Below are positions 61,117 to 64,000 of a stretch of 64,000 nucleotides of DNA, one piece after another. Positions within the stretch are counted from its first letter, which is position 1; each line of letters begins with the position of its first letter. Source of the stretch: Nemertoderma westbladi (lineage: Eukaryota > Animalia > Xenacoelomorpha); the NCBI GenBank assembly GCA_032718475.1, contig JAUCBJ010001408.1:1-64000 (forward strand), written 5' to 3'. Position numbers and translations under genes: made by a program. The notes below the pieces were generated by a model. The model ran no database searches. It was not told the DNA's origin and was given only the letters and a program-made list of their open reading frames with translations.

Positions 61117-62700
61117 TGTAACCTTTCTCTCTTACCTTCGGTATATCAAGAATATTGGGTTTCGGGGTTGTTTCTCGTTATTCCAAATATAATAATTCAT
61201 CCACAAATATAATGAATAACCGACAGCAAATAGCAGTATAAAACAACAACTGAACACTGATTGTTATGAGTTTGCAATGTTTCAGCAGTCAGTAGTATGC
61301 CGTGTGTTTGGTATGGTTAGGTGCGTTTTGCCAGTTAAAAGATATATGTCCTTATAATTAAACCTACTAGTGTTGAGCTAAAAAGCAGAAAAGCACAAAA
61401 CACTATAAAGCCGTTCTTTCGTGGCTTTGAAAAACTCGTGACTACGAGAATACCAACTACACTTATTCCACGAAGCTCCCGTTCAACACAGAGGATGAGC
61501 AGTGAGATAGGAAAATTTCAGTTCAGTAGCTCAGGATTGGTTAAAATCCAGGATAACTCAAATTCTATTGGGAGATACAAAACAGGGCTATGACGCAACC
61601 CTCTTAGGCTAGTTGGACGATTAAACAGAGCCCAGATACCTGCATACCGCAAATCAGCCAATAAGCTGGTAGCTTACACTATTTTAACTATAGATCCCCT
61701 TTTGAGTATTTCTAGCGACAGGGGGGGAACTGGTTGGCAAGGCAAACGAATCAGTTATCCCACAAAAGCTTTTACACCGCTCCCAGAAAATGGGATTTAA
61801 GTCTATAAAATATACAAAATCACAGTTTCTAAAATATAAAAATACTCTAAACAGTTAGTCTTTCTTGCGTGGACGGCGTTTACGCAGTTTCTTGAGGCTA
61901 GCGAGAGTCCTTTTCTCTTTGGGGCGAGCCACTTTATGAGGAGGGCTGTAGCTCCTAGGCGAAGGGTGCAATATGATTGCATTAGAAGGTTTGGGTTTAC
62001 GGTCGGTGTCTCGTCCATTTCGATATGCTTCTCCTCGAGCTGATTTTCCTCCGCTTGTCATGGGATACGTTCGTACAAAACTCTCGCAAAGAATAGGGTT
62101 TTCTAAGCTTGATATCTTCTTAGAGATTCGAGATTTCTCAATCGAACTGAGATAAGGCCAATTCGTTTATCGATTGGACTTACTGTTATAACTTACGTTT
62201 ATCTGAACAAACGCAGATTTCTTTTTTGATCTTTATAGAATAGCGTTTAACTTGTTTCGTACAACGCTCTCCTTCACCTTGATGAAGGGTTGTATCGCGT
62301 TAAACGGGACGACCATACGGTTGGATAGTGATATTAGGTGTCCGCGTCATAATCCGGCTAGGTAAGATGGGCGGCTAGGTAGAAATCACTGTCGGAGTGT
62401 TACCGATTAATTGTTAGGGTAGCACTAGATCTTTGAACAGTGAATACAGTCCGCGAGGATCCGCGACACCACCAGGATCGCAGGTCTGAGGTCCAACTGA
62501 GGAATGAGGAGGTTTGACCGAGTATTCCGGGACTTTGATCGTAGGTTTACTCCAGGATCGTTAGAGCCGAGTGAGCATAGGTGATACGTCAAACAAGTTT
62601 CGCTCGAAACTCGAGTAAATATAACGAACACAACTGTGTTTAACACAACGTTTCTGTGGATGTTTATGTCTTTCCGTTTATTGGCTGGGTCTAGGGCATT
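61117..62700 (+). mobile_element. Possible LTR-like sequence (ends unresolved)
   Basis: Abrupt end of satellite, TGTAAC start, CCAAT/TATA/Inr-like order (61660-61860), then GC-richer non-coding tract. Confidence 0.3.
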
Positions 62701-64000
62701 TACCGTAATAATACCAAAGACGCACGTCTGGTAGGGGAAACGCGGGTGATATTTATTTGTTGTTACAATGCTTCTGTCAAGAATTCCAAATATACGTTGG
62801 AGTTACCGCGTTTATTTGTTTCTTTAGTGTCTTTTCTTTCGAGTCGATTTCGAATAGAAATTTCGCATTCGAATTTCAGTTTATGGTTCCGACTCCGCTG
62901 GGCAGGATATATAGTCGACATAGTCCGTATTATGTAAATCGATAGGATGACCAATAGTTAAGAAGACCATATACGTACCATTACGCTGCGTATATCGAGC
63001 GGCGAATTTTCTATAGTCCAACTCGCGCGCGAGCTGCTCTTGGGACATTGGCGGTTCGATATAACGACCATCGTCCTCCGTAGCAGTTGGACTAACGTCG
63101 CCGCGTATTAAGCTATCAACAAACGCTTGTAAAAGTAGAGTATATCACTCCCCGATACCAAGACCATCTTCTATCAACTCCGTCATATCTGCTATATATG
63201 AGTTTATCCATATTATAATGAGTTTATATTTAGGCGAGCGGGCGTCGCTGCCTACTCCAATCAACCCCCGGACAGTACGAGATCCTCAGCGCCGATGTGT
63301 CGTCGCCGCTGTACTTTCGCCAACGACGTAGCCGCACAACGACAACGACAACCGGCACAAGTCACTCGACTGTCCATCCCAAAGGCTTAGATATACCTCA
63401 GGTTCTTACTGGAGAGTTAGGGTTACTTTCACAATTGCGACTCGCTACTGTAAACACACCTTAGTAGTAACATTCGCCTATAAACTCACAAATACCACAC
63501 ACACAACTTGTCACAAATTACACACACTCGGGTCACTTGTCCGTTAGTCAATGCCTTCCAGAATGTCACTGTATTATTATGTATCCTTGGATACTAGCAG
63601 TGCGCTATTTATTCCCTATGCTATTCAATGGGACAAGCTTTCTATTGTTCCTTTAACTCAATTCTAATTCTAGCGTGGTTGTTGCTATGGTGACATTATG
63701 TAAAGCTAGCGGTAGAATTAGGTTAATTCCAATGCATACAGATCTGGGATGTTATTTAATAGTAATTCTTTAATAGTCAATGTCCTGTTTATACATGACT
63801 TTATGAATTTTATCGGCTATTGACTATGTTGGGGAGACTTTCGTACACGCATACGCATAATAATATAAATCTCCGCTCCCTTGATCTATTAATTAATGGA
63901 ATTTTGGGAATGTTATAAATTGCGTAAAAAGGCAATTTATTAAATTCATTAAAAAACATGAATTTAAATTTATTCCCTGAAATTTTATTATTTGATAATT

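Overview
AT-rich eukaryotic (probably invertebrate) genomic DNA, mostly nested transposable elements. The centrepiece is a young 19.9-kb BEL/Pao LTR retrotransposon (30761-50628, minus strand, 5-bp TSD AATGT, ~1.9-kb nearly identical LTRs) inserted in the last intron of a secreted fibrinogen-domain (FReD) gene. It is unusual in five ways: (1) TA...TA instead of TG...CA termini; (2) no tRNA primer-binding site, but an 11-nt PBS perfectly complementary to a segment inside its own LTR, suggesting Tf1-like self-priming; (3) integrase in a separate ORF after a ~1.1-kb non-coding spacer; (4) a 1241-aa extra ORF in the env position with DEDDy 3'-5' exonuclease motifs and three CCHC zinc knuckles; (5) a ~17-nt hairpin motif repeated about 10 times regardless of reading frame. 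Other content: an intron-containing Helitron remnant, a 5'-truncated Ty3/gypsy pol, an RTE-like LINE with TSD plus a short second copy, the 3' part of a SMARCAD1/Fun30 gene with a frameshift and a 27-bp repeat tail, a tRNA-derived SINE, a solo LTR, several MITEs, non-autonomous Helitron-like repeats and minisatellites. All calls come from reading the sequence by eye; no database searches were run.
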